From Ferruginibacter sp. (lineage in GTDB: Bacteria > Bacteroidota > Bacteroidia > Chitinophagales > Chitinophagaceae): a stretch of DNA of 64,000 bases. Below, piece after piece: positions 47,991 to 57,476 of the stretch; within the stretch, counting starts at the first letter, position 1; each line of letters opens with the position of its first letter. The notes under the pieces are model-generated. The model was not told where the DNA came from. It ran no database searches and was given only the letters and a program-made list of their open reading frames with translations. The stretch lies in NCBI GenBank assembly GCA_043736415.1, contig JAYTCO010000280.1, positions 557 to 64,556 of the forward strand. The letters run 5' to 3'. The position numbers and the translations under genes are program-made.

Positions 47991-48404
47991 ATGAAAATAA
48001 AGCCGGATATTTTAAAACAATCAGGGCTTAGTGTAACAGAAAGTCGTAAAAAAATCCTTGATCTTTTTTTAGAAACAGACGGTGCACTGGCACATGCAGA
48101 TATTGAAAAAAACACTTCTTCAGCTTTTGACAGAGTAACGGTTTACCGCACTTTACAAACCTTTGTTGAAAAAGGGATTATTCACCAGATACCTACAACA
48201 GATAACTCAATACTGTATGCGCTTTGTAAACACAATTGTGAGCAGGGTCATCACCACGACGACCATGTGCATTTTATTTGCAGCAATTGTGATAAGACTA
48301 TTTGCCTGGATGAGGTGACTGTACCTGAAGTAAAACTTCCTAAAAATTTTACCAAACAACAATCTGCAATGGTGGTTACAGGTATTTGTGAAGATTGCAA
48401 ATAA
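47991..48404 (+). CDS. Fur-family metalloregulator
   Basis: 137 aa with a winged helix (R..IL..........A..I........FDRVTVYRTL), HHHDDH, and CxxC pairs (CSNC, CEDC). Confidence 0.8.
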   Translation: MKIKPDILKQSGLSVTESRKKILDLFLETDGALAHADIEKNTSSAFDRVTVYRTLQTFVEKGIIHQIPTTDNSILYALCKHNCEQGHHHDDHVHFICSNCDKTICLDEVTVPEVKLPKNFTKQQSAMVVTGICEDCK

Positions 48405-48457
48405 GAAAGGGTGCAGTTTTTATTATTTGTTTAGATTTGTTTATTATTAAAACTCTT

Positions 48458-48925
48458 ATGTTGAAATCAATACTGTTAGGTTTAATATTATGTTTATCAA
48501 TATGTGCATTTGCACAACCCAAGCCTGCTGTTAAAGGTGTAAAATATGGTGCAGGTACAACTGCTGCCGGCGCTTTGGAAGTAAATCTTTTAGAAGAGAA
48601 ATTGGTAACTGCAGAAAAATATAACGGTAAAGTAAAAGGAACCGTAAGTAAAGTTTGCGAAAAGAAAGGCTGCTGGATGACGCTTGCGCAAACTGACGGT
48701 GAAGGAATTATGATCCGTTTTAAAGATTATAAATTTTTTATGCCTAAAAATATTGTAGGTAAAGATGTAGTATTAAAGGGTACAGCACAAAGAACAACCA
48801 CATCGGTAGAAATGCTAAAGCATTATGCCGAAGATGCAGGTAAAAGCAAAGAAGAAATAGAAAAAATTACTGCGCCTAAAACAGAAATAGAATTTATTGC
48901 AACGGGAGTTTTGGTTTTAAACTAA
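48458..48925 (+). CDS. DUF4920 domain protein (secreted)
   Basis: Start at MLKSILLGLILCLSICAFAQ. VCEKKGCWMTL and FKDYKFFMPK are motifs I associate with DUF4920. Confidence 0.55.
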   Translation: MLKSILLGLILCLSICAFAQPKPAVKGVKYGAGTTAAGALEVNLLEEKLVTAEKYNGKVKGTVSKVCEKKGCWMTLAQTDGEGIMIRFKDYKFFMPKNIVGKDVVLKGTAQRTTTSVEMLKHYAEDAGKSKEEIEKITAPKTEIEFIATGVLVLN

Positions 48926-48949
48926 GAAATTTCCATTAAAATATAAAAA

Positions 48950-48976
48950 GGCTGCGAATAATTCGCAGCCTTTTTT
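48950..48976. terminator. Bidirectional hairpin terminator (ggctgcgaat-a-attcgcagcc + T6)
   Basis: Perfect 10-bp arms flanked by an A-run and a T-run, between convergent genes. Confidence 0.7.
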
Positions 48977-48996
48977 ATTAAATATTATCCATAAAA

Positions 48997-49998
48997 TTAT
49001 TTGGGTTTGTACTCAAAAACAATAGATGCGTTCTGCTGAAGCGTAGAACTCGAGTATAATTCATACCGTTTACCATCAGCTGTTGTAAAGACTACCAGTG
49101 CAGTATTTGGAGGAATGCTGCCCAAATTTTCTGCAAACAAAACAATGCTGTGCAAAGCAATATTTTCATCCAGTTCAACCACTACCACCAACGGGCTTGC
49201 TGTAAGCCCTTTGTTTTTTAATATAGGTCTTCCATTGTAATAAATACTTATTGTATCGCCGTCAATAGTTCCGTTATCATAAATATTCAGCGTTATTTTT
49301 TTATCATGCACCACAATTCTTCTAAGCTCCTTATCAACTCTGCCATTTGTGGTAGCAGGCAAAGTATTTGCTTTTACAGATTGCTTTGCAACAATAGAAT
49401 CTTTAATATCTGGCACTGTAACAATCGGTGGTAAAGTTTTGTTTTTGTTTATCACCGGTGGTTTTTTTGCAACAGGTATTTCTTTTTTAGGTGAAGCTGT
49501 TATTTTCGGGAAAGGTTTTTCAGGAGGTTGAAAAGTTGCCATACAGTCCTTCATTGTTTGGGTAATAATGGTGGGTCTTGAAGATGTTTTCTGCAGCACA
49601 AAACTGTTTGGATCACCGCCTGCAAAAAACATAGATGGTTTAATTCTGCAGCTTCCTTTTAGTACCATTTTTCCTTCTTCAAATTCTATTTTAAATTTTA
49701 ATTGCATCAGCGCATGCCCGCCACCTTGCTCCATAAACGAACTTCCTTCAATATACCATGTATTTAAAAGTTTGCTGTAACTGCCATTAAAATAAGCTTT
49801 GCAATAACTTTTTTTATTGCTCAGTTCATAATCCCAGCTGTAGCCACAAAGGTTGTTGCCAACCTGTACAATATTTAATTGCAAAAATTCATAACCCTCC
49901 ATTTCCCCTTCCCAGGTGCCGGTAAGCTTTTGGGCTTGTGCAACCTGCGCAAACACTATTACAATAATGGTAAAAAATATTTTCAAAATAAATGTCAC
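48997..49998 (-). CDS. Secreted hypothetical protein with Pro/Lys-rich linker
   Basis: 333 aa with a signal peptide (VFAQVAQAQ), two beta-rich domains and a PPEKPFPKITASPKKEIPVAKKPPV linker. No family recognised. Confidence 0.5.
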   Translation of the reverse strand: MTFILKIFFTIIVIVFAQVAQAQKLTGTWEGEMEGYEFLQLNIVQVGNNLCGYSWDYELSNKKSYCKAYFNGSYSKLLNTWYIEGSSFMEQGGGHALMQLKFKIEFEEGKMVLKGSCRIKPSMFFAGGDPNSFVLQKTSSRPTIITQTMKDCMATFQPPEKPFPKITASPKKEIPVAKKPPVINKNKTLPPIVTVPDIKDSIVAKQSVKANTLPATTNGRVDKELRRIVVHDKKITLNIYDNGTIDGDTISIYYNGRPILKNKGLTASPLVVVVELDENIALHSIVLFAENLGSIPPNTALVVFTTADGKRYELYSSSTLQQNASIVFEYKPK

Positions 49999-50256
49999 AA
50001 TTGTTCTGTTTAAAATTAATTCATTTTTATGCTTTGTGGCAATAAAATCATTTCAGTCTTTAATTTATTACCATCAAAATTTAATCCCTACAGCTCAAGG
50101 AATATTGATTATTGTAAACATGGTTAAAAAAAGTTATCGAATAAAAAATTAAGAAAATGCATTATAGTTTAACGATTGGTAACATTATGGTAACCTTACG
50201 GTAACATTATAATCACAAAAAATAATGTCTTTTGCATTGATTTTAAAACAAAAATT

Positions 50257-53200
50257 ATGCAACAAAAATTATCTTTTTATTTTCTGATAATAGTGCTTTT
50301 TTTGAGCACAAATTTATTTGCTCAGGAAACTTCCTCTGCATTAACAGGAAAAGTTACAGATGAAAAAGGAACTGTTATAGCTAATGCTTCCATCATTTTA
50401 AAATATGAACCTACAGGTGCAGTTAGTGGAAGCCAAACAAACAGCAAAGGTTTATTTAATTTGGTAAATCTAAGACCCGGTGGCCCTTACACAGTTACTG
50501 TTTCCAATAGTGGATTTAAAGTACAGAAATTTGAAAACATCAATCTTGCTTTGGGAGAAAATGCTCCTGTAAATGTATTGATGAGGGTAGATGATAAAAG
50601 CCTTACTGAGATTGTAATAAGTGCAACTTCAAAAAGATATGCAGGTGGTACAAGCATAGGCAGAGCACAAATTACAACACTGCCAAGTATAGGCAGAAGT
50701 ATTAGCGATTTTACAAGACTAACGCCACAATCAAACAACAACTCTTTTGCAGGTAGTAATTTTCGTTATAATAATGTAACATTAGATGGTGCAATTAACA
50801 ATGATGCAATTGGTTTCAGTAACAGCGCAGGTGGCACAAGTGGTGGCGGACAAAGCGGTTCAGCAGGTTCAGGCAACAGAACAAACCCTTACAGTTTGGA
50901 AACAATACAGGAAGTGCAGGTTCAACTTGCACCTTTTGATGTGAAGCTTGGTAATTTTACCGGTGGCAGTGTAAATGCAGTTACAAAAGGCGGTGGTAAT
51001 GATGTACATGGTTCTTTATATTGGTATGGACACGGGCAGAGTTTGGTAGGTAAAAGTGTAGATGGATTAAAAACCAAAATAGGGTCAGACTTTCACGACA
51101 ATCAATATGGCGCAAGCATTAGCGGACCAATCATAAAAAATAAATTATTTTTTTATGCAAATGCAGAATTTACACGCCATCAGGAACCTACTTTTTACAA
51201 TGCAGGCGATCCAGGTGCTGCCATTACCGTTGCCGATGCGCAGAGGGTAATTAACCAATTAAAAAATAAATATAATTATGATCCCGGTAGCTACGATGCA
51301 TATAAAATAAAAACAAACAGTGATAAGTTTTTTGCTAGGGTTGACTGGAATATCAATTCAAAAAATAACCTTACCGTGCGGTATATTCATACCAATGGCC
51401 TTGGAAATAATCTTGAGCGTTCTTCTACAAATTTCCAGTTTTCTTCTACTGATTTTACTCAGCATTCTATTAATAATAATGTGGTGGCTGAACTAAAAAC
51501 AAAATTTAATAATGAAGTAAGCAACAGCTTAATTGTAAGCTCAATTAATGTTCATGAATACAGAGATTACCCAGGGCAGCTTGCACCTTTTGTTGACATA
51601 AACGGTGGACAAATTTGGGCAGGTACTTGGAGAGAAGCGTCCATTTATAATATGAAGCAAAAAACAATTGAGTTTACTGATAATGTAACTATATCGAAAG
51701 GTATAAATAAAATTACAATGGGTACGCACAATGAATTTTATGATATTACTTACGGCTTTGTGAATTCATATACTGGAAGATGGGAATACTCAAGTCTTAC
51801 AAATTTTGAAGCAAACAAACCAAGTCGTATTCGTGGTTCATTTTCTCTCGATCCAAGAAAACAAACTGCTCAAAGTATTTATGATGCACCACCAAGTCCC
51901 TTTAAAGTAAACTTAACAAGTGCTTATGCACAGGATGAAATAACCATCACAAAAAACTTTAAAATTACTCCGGGTATTCGTGTGGATTATTCTTTCTTAG
52001 GTAGCCAGCCACCTCTAGATCCGTTAGTAAACAGTACTGTTGAATACAAGTCTGCTAATCCAACTTATAACCATACTGCTTTTGGGGATATTAATAATAA
52101 ATGGTTAGGTAAAGCTACCGTTTCACCTCGCTTAGGTTTTAACTATGATGTAAAAGGAAACCAAAGTTTAGTAATAAGAGGTGGTACCGGTATATTTACA
52201 GGACGTATGCCTTTTGCATGGTTAGGTAATGCGTACACACTTACAGGACTCAATTATGGCAATATAGATTATCGTGTACCTAGTGGTAACGTTGTAGGCT
52301 TAGCCATTGATCCTTTAACATTAAAAGATACTATATCAAAGTACAACGCAGCTGCAGCATCAACTCGTGAAGTTGACCTTATTGATAATAAATTTAAGTT
52401 ACCTACCGTTTGGAGAAGCAATGTAGCAGTAGATATTAAATTTGGTAAAGGGTATAAGCTTACGCTTGATGCACTTTACACCAAAACAGTGCATGATGTA
52501 AGATTTCAGCAGATAAACCTAAGAGATTCATCTACTTTTCTTACAAGTGGCCCTACACAAACTCCTGTATATTTAGGATCTAATCAAAAAAACAATACTA
52601 TATTTTCCAATGCTTTTTTTCTATCTAACACTAAAGAAGGATACCGGTATAATTTAACGGCGCAAATATCCAAAGCAGGTAATAAAACAAAATTTGGCAG
52701 TAACCATTTTATTGCACTTAATTACAGTTTAGCTTACACCTACGGTAGAAGTAAAGATGTAAGTAATGGTATCAGAAATTCTTTTCAAAGCAATTTCGAA
52801 GTTAATCCTGCAGTTGTTGCTGAAAATGCCCAGCTTGCAAGTTCTAATTTTGATCTTCGTCATCGTATAGTTGGGTCTTTGGGTTTAAATGCACAGTGGA
52901 ATAAAACAAACAACACAACACTTGGTTTTGTTTTTTCTAAACAGTCCGGCAGCCCTTTCTCTTATATTTACAACCCAAGTGTAAATGCATTTAGAAACGG
53001 TTCAAATGCTAACCTGGCGTTTATACCGGCTACTACTTCAGCCACAAATTTTAGAGATTATACGTTAAATGGTTCGGTATATACAGCAACACAGCAATCT
53101 TTAGATTTTAATAATTTTGTAAGCAACGACAAATACCTGTCAAGCCGAAAAGGGCAATATGCAGAACGCAACGGTGCACATACACCATGGAACTCTACAT

Positions 53201-53535
53201 TGGATATGAAATTGATGCACGAGTTTAAATTCTCTTTTGCCAATAATAAAACAGTACACTCTTTACAATTTAGTGTTGATGTGTTGAATGTGCTTAACCT
53301 TATAAACAATGATTGGGGACATATTAATTTTGTAACAAACATTAATAATTATACTGTTAATATTTTAAAATTTGTACCGGACAACAGCAGCAGTACAGGT
53401 GTAGCACCAGGCTCAGCAGCTTATACACCTACTTATAATTTTGCACCACCCGCAACTTCTAATGGTAAATATTACACATTAGATCCAATTAACAGTCGTT
53501 GGCAAGGGCAGCTGGGTATTCGTTACAGCTTCTAA
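50257..53535 (+). CDS. TonB-dependent receptor (large, CarboxypepD_reg N-terminus)
   Basis: 1092 aa with a signal peptide, an SALTGKVTDEKG carboxypeptidase-regulatory-like domain, a plug, a long barrel and a terminal ..GIRYSF. Confidence 0.85.
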   Translation: MQQKLSFYFLIIVLFLSTNLFAQETSSALTGKVTDEKGTVIANASIILKYEPTGAVSGSQTNSKGLFNLVNLRPGGPYTVTVSNSGFKVQKFENINLALGENAPVNVLMRVDDKSLTEIVISATSKRYAGGTSIGRAQITTLPSIGRSISDFTRLTPQSNNNSFAGSNFRYNNVTLDGAINNDAIGFSNSAGGTSGGGQSGSAGSGNRTNPYSLETIQEVQVQLAPFDVKLGNFTGGSVNAVTKGGGNDVHGSLYWYGHGQSLVGKSVDGLKTKIGSDFHDNQYGASISGPIIKNKLFFYANAEFTRHQEPTFYNAGDPGAAITVADAQRVINQLKNKYNYDPGSYDAYKIKTNSDKFFARVDWNINSKNNLTVRYIHTNGLGNNLERSSTNFQFSSTDFTQHSINNNVVAELKTKFNNEVSNSLIVSSINVHEYRDYPGQLAPFVDINGGQIWAGTWREASIYNMKQKTIEFTDNVTISKGINKITMGTHNEFYDITYGFVNSYTGRWEYSSLTNFEANKPSRIRGSFSLDPRKQTAQSIYDAPPSPFKVNLTSAYAQDEITITKNFKITPGIRVDYSFLGSQPPLDPLVNSTVEYKSANPTYNHTAFGDINNKWLGKATVSPRLGFNYDVKGNQSLVIRGGTGIFTGRMPFAWLGNAYTLTGLNYGNIDYRVPSGNVVGLAIDPLTLKDTISKYNAAAASTREVDLIDNKFKLPTVWRSNVAVDIKFGKGYKLTLDALYTKTVHDVRFQQINLRDSSTFLTSGPTQTPVYLGSNQKNNTIFSNAFFLSNTKEGYRYNLTAQISKAGNKTKFGSNHFIALNYSLAYTYGRSKDVSNGIRNSFQSNFEVNPAVVAENAQLASSNFDLRHRIVGSLGLNAQWNKTNNTTLGFVFSKQSGSPFSYIYNPSVNAFRNGSNANLAFIPATTSATNFRDYTLNGSVYTATQQSLDFNNFVSNDKYLSSRKGQYAERNGAHTPWNSTLDMKLMHEFKFSFANNKTVHSLQFSVDVLNVLNLINNDWGHINFVTNINNYTVNILKFVPDNSSSTGVAPGSAAYTPTYNFAPPATSNGKYYTLDPINSRWQGQLGIRYSF

Positions 53536-53556
53536 TAAAAATTCATTTTAAAAAAA

Positions 53557-53588
53557 GCTCAATACATATTTTGTATTGAGCTTTTTTT
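53557..53588 (+). terminator. Rho-independent terminator (gctcaatac-N7-gtattgagc + T7)
   Basis: Perfect 9-bp stem followed by a T-run, 22 nt after the receptor stop. Confidence 0.7.
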
Positions 53589-54143
53589 ATGAACTATAAC
53601 TTATGGTTTTTTTGGTGGATGTTGAGCCCGCCATTTGTAGGCGTATTTTTAATTGAACGGATTCAAAAAAGTTAGTATCTGTCCACATGACTTTTTTCAT
53701 TTCCGCAGATAACAAGAGAAAAGGATAAAATTCCGATCAATCTTTTAAATAGGAAATACATTTACATGAATAGCCAAATAAATCTTTAGCAGCAGCCTTT
53801 CCCTTCTTGCATACGTGGGAAAACAACGGTTTCAGTAGCTGCAAAAAACACAACAATCATCTGCGGTTAATAATAATCTGATCATGCATTGTTTGCATGT
53901 ATAAAAATGCACACGCATTTGAAGGCATGTTTCTTCTTTCTCAAAACCACATCAGGATTTATTTATAAACCTATACAGTAAAACCCGTACGATACCACCT
54001 GGGTAGTTATTTTAGGACGAGGCAAGCACGACGCAACAATATTGCAACTTCACTGCTCACCCAATCATCCTTCGGTGGTCACCCATAGAAAAGCCGTTAG
54101 AAGCCTACTGCAATAACGCATCAGGTTTATGCCTAAATTACTT

Positions 54144-55217
54144 TTAGGAAAACGCTTCTTTCGGGTACCATTTTTTCTTTAACCAAAATGCAAGCCGCAC
54201 CAGCATAATCAATGCAGGCACTTCTACCAGCGGACCAATTACTCCGGCAAAAGCCTGCCCGCTGTTAATACCAAAAATACCAATGGCAACGGCAATAGCC
54301 AGTTCAAAATTATTACCGGTAGCAGTAAAAGCAATTGCCGTATTTTTTGAGTAATCAGCGCCCATTTTTTTACCAATAAAAAAACTTACCAAAAACATTA
54401 CTGCAAAATATAGTACCAATGGCAGGGCAATTTTTAAAACATCAAAAGGCAGTTGCACAATAAGTTTTCCTTTTAAGCTAAACATTAATAAGATGGAAAA
54501 AAGCAATGCCAGCAATGTTATGGGCGATATGGCAGGTATGTATTTATTATTAAACCAATCTAGACCCTTCAATTTTATTAATAAAAAACGGCTTACAATC
54601 CCTGCGAAAAACGGAATACCTAAATAGATTAAAACACTTTTGGCAATTTGCCCGATGGTAATATTTACCTCCATGCTTTTTACTCCAAAATAAGGTGGTA
54701 AAACATTTATGAAAAGCCACGCATATACACTGTAAAAAAGTATCTGAAAAATGCTGTTGAGTGCTACCAGTCCTGCAGCATATTCTCTGTTTCCCTCCGC
54801 CAGTTCGTTCCACACAATTACCATGGCTATGCAGCGGGCTATGCCGATAAGAATTAACCCTGTCATATATTCCGGCTGGTTATGAAAGAAAATAATGGCT
54901 AAAAAAAACATCAGTAACGGGCCGATAATCCAGTTAAGCAAAAGAGAAATGCTTAGTATTTTAAGATTCTTAAACACCTCCCCCATTTTTTCGTAACGCA
55001 CTTTTGCCAGTGGCGGGTACATCATTAATACAAGCCCAATGGCCAGCGGAATATTGGTTGTACCGTTAGAAAATAAATTAATAAACTGTGAAGAATTTGG
55101 AAAAAAATAACCGATGCCTACACCAATAAACATCGCAATAAATATCCACAGGGTAAGATAACGATCCAGAAAACTTAGTTTTTTCCTTTGAGCAGGGTTG
55201 CAGTTTATAGCACTCAT
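54144..55217 (-). CDS. acr3: Arsenite efflux permease, ACR3 family
   Basis: Start set at [26 protein letters not shown]. The 10-TM layout and the [10 protein letters not shown] motif (ACR3 conserved Cys) are present. The longer listed ORF overlaps the upstream gene. Confidence 0.85.
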   Translation of the reverse strand: MSAINCNPAQRKKLSFLDRYLTLWIFIAMFIGVGIGYFFPNSSQFINLFSNGTTNIPLAIGLVLMMYPPLAKVRYEKMGEVFKNLKILSISLLLNWIIGPLLMFFLAIIFFHNQPEYMTGLILIGIARCIAMVIVWNELAEGNREYAAGLVALNSIFQILFYSVYAWLFINVLPPYFGVKSMEVNITIGQIAKSVLIYLGIPFFAGIVSRFLLIKLKGLDWFNNKYIPAISPITLLALLFSILLMFSLKGKLIVQLPFDVLKIALPLVLYFAVMFLVSFFIGKKMGADYSKNTAIAFTATGNNFELAIAVAIGIFGINSGQAFAGVIGPLVEVPALIMLVRLAFWLKKKWYPKEAFS

Positions 55218-55242
55218 CTTTGCATATTTTATAAAAAATAAA

Positions 55243-56016
55243 TTAAATACCCTCACGCAAACTTGTTGCATATTCATTTGGCAAAATACTTTGTTCAACC
55301 GCTTTTGCAGCAGTTTCTACATCGTAATTAAAGCGTATAAATTCTACCTGAATGCTGTCTTTATTCATTATAGAACTGTTGTCGTTTATGGTTAGCATTA
55401 CATAACCGCCTTGTGGATTGCTGTCTTTAGGTTTACCAACCGAACCAATATTTATAGCATGGCGAAAATAATTTTGTCCCTCAACACCAGAATTTAATAT
55501 ACGGTGATAAGGTTTATGTGTATGCCCAAAACACATAACGTCTGCATCTGCCTGTTCCATAATCCGAAGCATACTTTTTTCTTCTCTGTCTTCAAAAAGA
55601 TATTCGTTTATTTTTCTTGGACTGCCGTGTACCAACAGCAAATTCAGTTTGTCTTCGTTTAATTGAAATTCAACTTTTATGTGTGCAGGAAGTGAGCGCA
55701 AATAAGCTCTTTCATCGTCTTTTATTATTGAGTTGGTGAAAGAGATGGAAATCTTACCGTTGTCTTTTTCGTGGTCAGTTTTATAAGCACAACCACATTC
55801 GTTACTCATTCGGCCTATGCCAAAATCGTAGTTGCCCGCTATGGTAGGTATTTTTCTGTTTCGTATTTCGTTTACTACTTCGTTTGGCCAAATGTTGTAG
55901 CCAACCAAATCTCCCAAGCAATAAATAGCGTCAGGATTTCGGCTGTCAACATCTTTAAAAAAAGCCTGCAATGCCGGAAGATTTGCGTGTATATCACTAA
56001 ATAATATAATTTTCAT
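55243..56016 (-). CDS. Calcineurin-like metallophosphoesterase (YfcE/MJ0936-like)
   Basis: The motifs SDIHAN, GDLVGY, GNYD, LVHGSP and GHTH are the canonical metallophosphoesterase set. Confidence 0.75.
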   Translation of the reverse strand: MKIILFSDIHANLPALQAFFKDVDSRNPDAIYCLGDLVGYNIWPNEVVNEIRNRKIPTIAGNYDFGIGRMSNECGCAYKTDHEKDNGKISISFTNSIIKDDERAYLRSLPAHIKVEFQLNEDKLNLLLVHGSPRKINEYLFEDREEKSMLRIMEQADADVMCFGHTHKPYHRILNSGVEGQNYFRHAINIGSVGKPKDSNPQGGYVMLTINDNSSIMNKDSIQVEFIRFNYDVETAAKAVEQSILPNEYATSLREGI

Positions 56017-56045
56017 AAAAGTTTATCAGTTACAAGTTATAAGTA

Positions 56046-56458
56046 GTCAGTAGTCAAGATTTTGTTACTGATTTTATAAGTCCTGTTATAATTTTCGAAA
56101 TTTCTTTACTGGCATAAATGAATTCAATTGACTTTTCTTTAGATAAATAATTCAGTCGTTCTGCCAAATAAAGCATTGATTTTACTTCGCTACAAGAGCC
56201 TAATGACATAAACAAAAATCTTCTAAAATCAGCATTAGAACTTCTATCAAAGCCTTCTGCAATATTATTTGAAATAGATACCGATGACCTGCATATTTGG
56301 TTTCTAAAATCCCAATCCTTATTTTCTTTAAAGGCACTGTAAATTTCTACTGTAAAATCCTGCGCTTTCTGCCATGCAATAATATCTTCAAATCTTAAAA
56401 TTGTCATTAATTAAATTTTAATGTTCTTTAACTTATTTACTGATGACTGACTACTGAC
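56046..56458. mobile_element. Possible inserted cassette: four-helix-bundle gene bracketed by an 11-bp perfect inverted repeat
   Basis: gtcagtagtca at 56046-56056 pairs with tgactactgac at 56448-56458. Both sit in AGTCA/TGACT-rich low-complexity flanks. The unit lies between two ars-operon genes. Confidence 0.3.
56054..56407 (-). CDS. Four-helix-bundle protein (23S rRNA intervening-sequence protein family, TIGR02436-like)
   Basis: 117 aa. Contains Q..RS..SI..NIAEGF.R.S..DF..FL..S.GS..E, characteristic of this family. Confidence 0.8.
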   Translation of the reverse strand: MTILRFEDIIAWQKAQDFTVEIYSAFKENKDWDFRNQICRSSVSISNNIAEGFDRSSNADFRRFLFMSLGSCSEVKSMLYLAERLNYLSKEKSIEFIYASKEISKIITGLIKSVTKS

Positions 56459-56473
56459 AACTGTTCACTAATC

Positions 56474-56947
56474 TCAGCAACAACCTCCGCCCGGTGTGCA
56501 ACAGCTTTGTGCAGCAGTTTGTAATTCTACCAATTGTACTTTCTGTTTTGCAGGTGCAATACCGCAGGCATCAGTTGCAAGGCAGGCAGTTTGTTTTGAT
56601 ATAAGTACAAAATCTTTTCCGTTATAATCCAGGTCGTATTTTCCTATAGTATCAGCCTGATATTCCACTTCAATATCAAGATCTGTTATACCAAGTTTTT
56701 TTTCAGATAATGAAATGATGTTTAAAAGTTTTTCAGGCTTTAATCTGTGCTCAGTATCATTGGCATTCCAAAGCTGAAAGTTTATAACTTTCTCAAAACG
56801 CTCCACACCACCACAATCAATAAAATGTTTTGTAACAAGCCCAATTTCAGTAACGTGAAAATGTTCCGGAACAAGTTCACCCGTAGGTAATTTAAAATTT
56901 ACAGCTTCCGCTGCTGCAAGAATTGCTTTAATCTCTGATAATTTCAT
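56474..56947 (-). CDS. DUF6428 family protein (ars-operon associated), Cys-rich C-terminus
   Basis: 157 aa. HFHVTEIG and FQLW are family-like motifs, and the C-terminal tail is CCTPGGGCC. The position directly after arsR is typical of Bacteroidota ars operons. Confidence 0.6.
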   Translation of the reverse strand: MKLSEIKAILAAAEAVNFKLPTGELVPEHFHVTEIGLVTKHFIDCGGVERFEKVINFQLWNANDTEHRLKPEKLLNIISLSEKKLGITDLDIEVEYQADTIGKYDLDYNGKDFVLISKQTACLATDACGIAPAKQKVQLVELQTAAQSCCTPGGGCC

Positions 56948-56965
56948 GCTGATTTTTTTAATTGG

Positions 56966-57298
56966 TTAACAACAATTTTTCTTCCTGTTTTCCATCCTGG
57001 TATTTACATTCCCAAAATAATTCTGCAGTTTAAGCATCACCTTTTCATCAATACAATAGCAAACAGTATTTCCTTCAATATCGCCTTTTATAATGCCTGC
57101 ATTTTTAAGTTCTTTTAAATGTTGCGATACAGTGGGCTGCGCTAAAGGCAGTTCATTTACTATGTCTCCACAAATGCAGGTATCTACTTTTAGCAGGTAT
57201 TCAATAATGGCAATTCTTGCCGGGTGGCCCAATGCCTTTGCAAGTATGGCTATTTCATTTTGTCCTACAGTAAAATGGTCGGTTTTTGATGCTCCCAT
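56966..57298 (-). CDS. arsR: ArsR/SmtB family metalloregulator
   Basis: 110 aa with [17 protein letters not shown], a CICGD metal site, and [22 protein letters not shown]. Confidence 0.8.
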   Translation of the reverse strand: MGASKTDHFTVGQNEIAILAKALGHPARIAIIEYLLKVDTCICGDIVNELPLAQPTVSQHLKELKNAGIIKGDIEGNTVCYCIDEKVMLKLQNYFGNVNTRMENRKKNCC

Positions 57299-57308
57299 GC
57301 TTTTAATT

Positions 57309-57324
57309 TAATATTGCAATATTA
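57309..57324. promoter_or_regulatory. Perfect 16-bp palindrome TAATATTGCAATATTA, candidate ArsR operator
   Basis: Read directly. It lies 11-26 bp upstream of the arsR ATG, in the divergent arsR / PhoU-like-PiT intergenic region. Confidence 0.45.
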
Positions 57325-57476
57325 CGATAAAGAAACCAAGTAAAAAGTTTTAAAAGAATATTTACCTTTATTAGATGATAATAAAATACGATGCCATTGT
57401 TAAGAAATTATTACCAATTGTAAAGCATTCTTATTAAAAAGCTATAATCCTACTTTTGCCACTAAAATTTAAAACG

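Noticed and set aside
53590-53703. 38-codon minus-strand ORF (MKKVMWTDTNFFESVQLKIRLQMAGSTSTKKTISYSS) in the large non-coding gap.
   Set aside because: It is too short, has no recognisable family, and overlaps the terminator region of the receptor gene. It is kept only as part of the ORF-free-gap observation.
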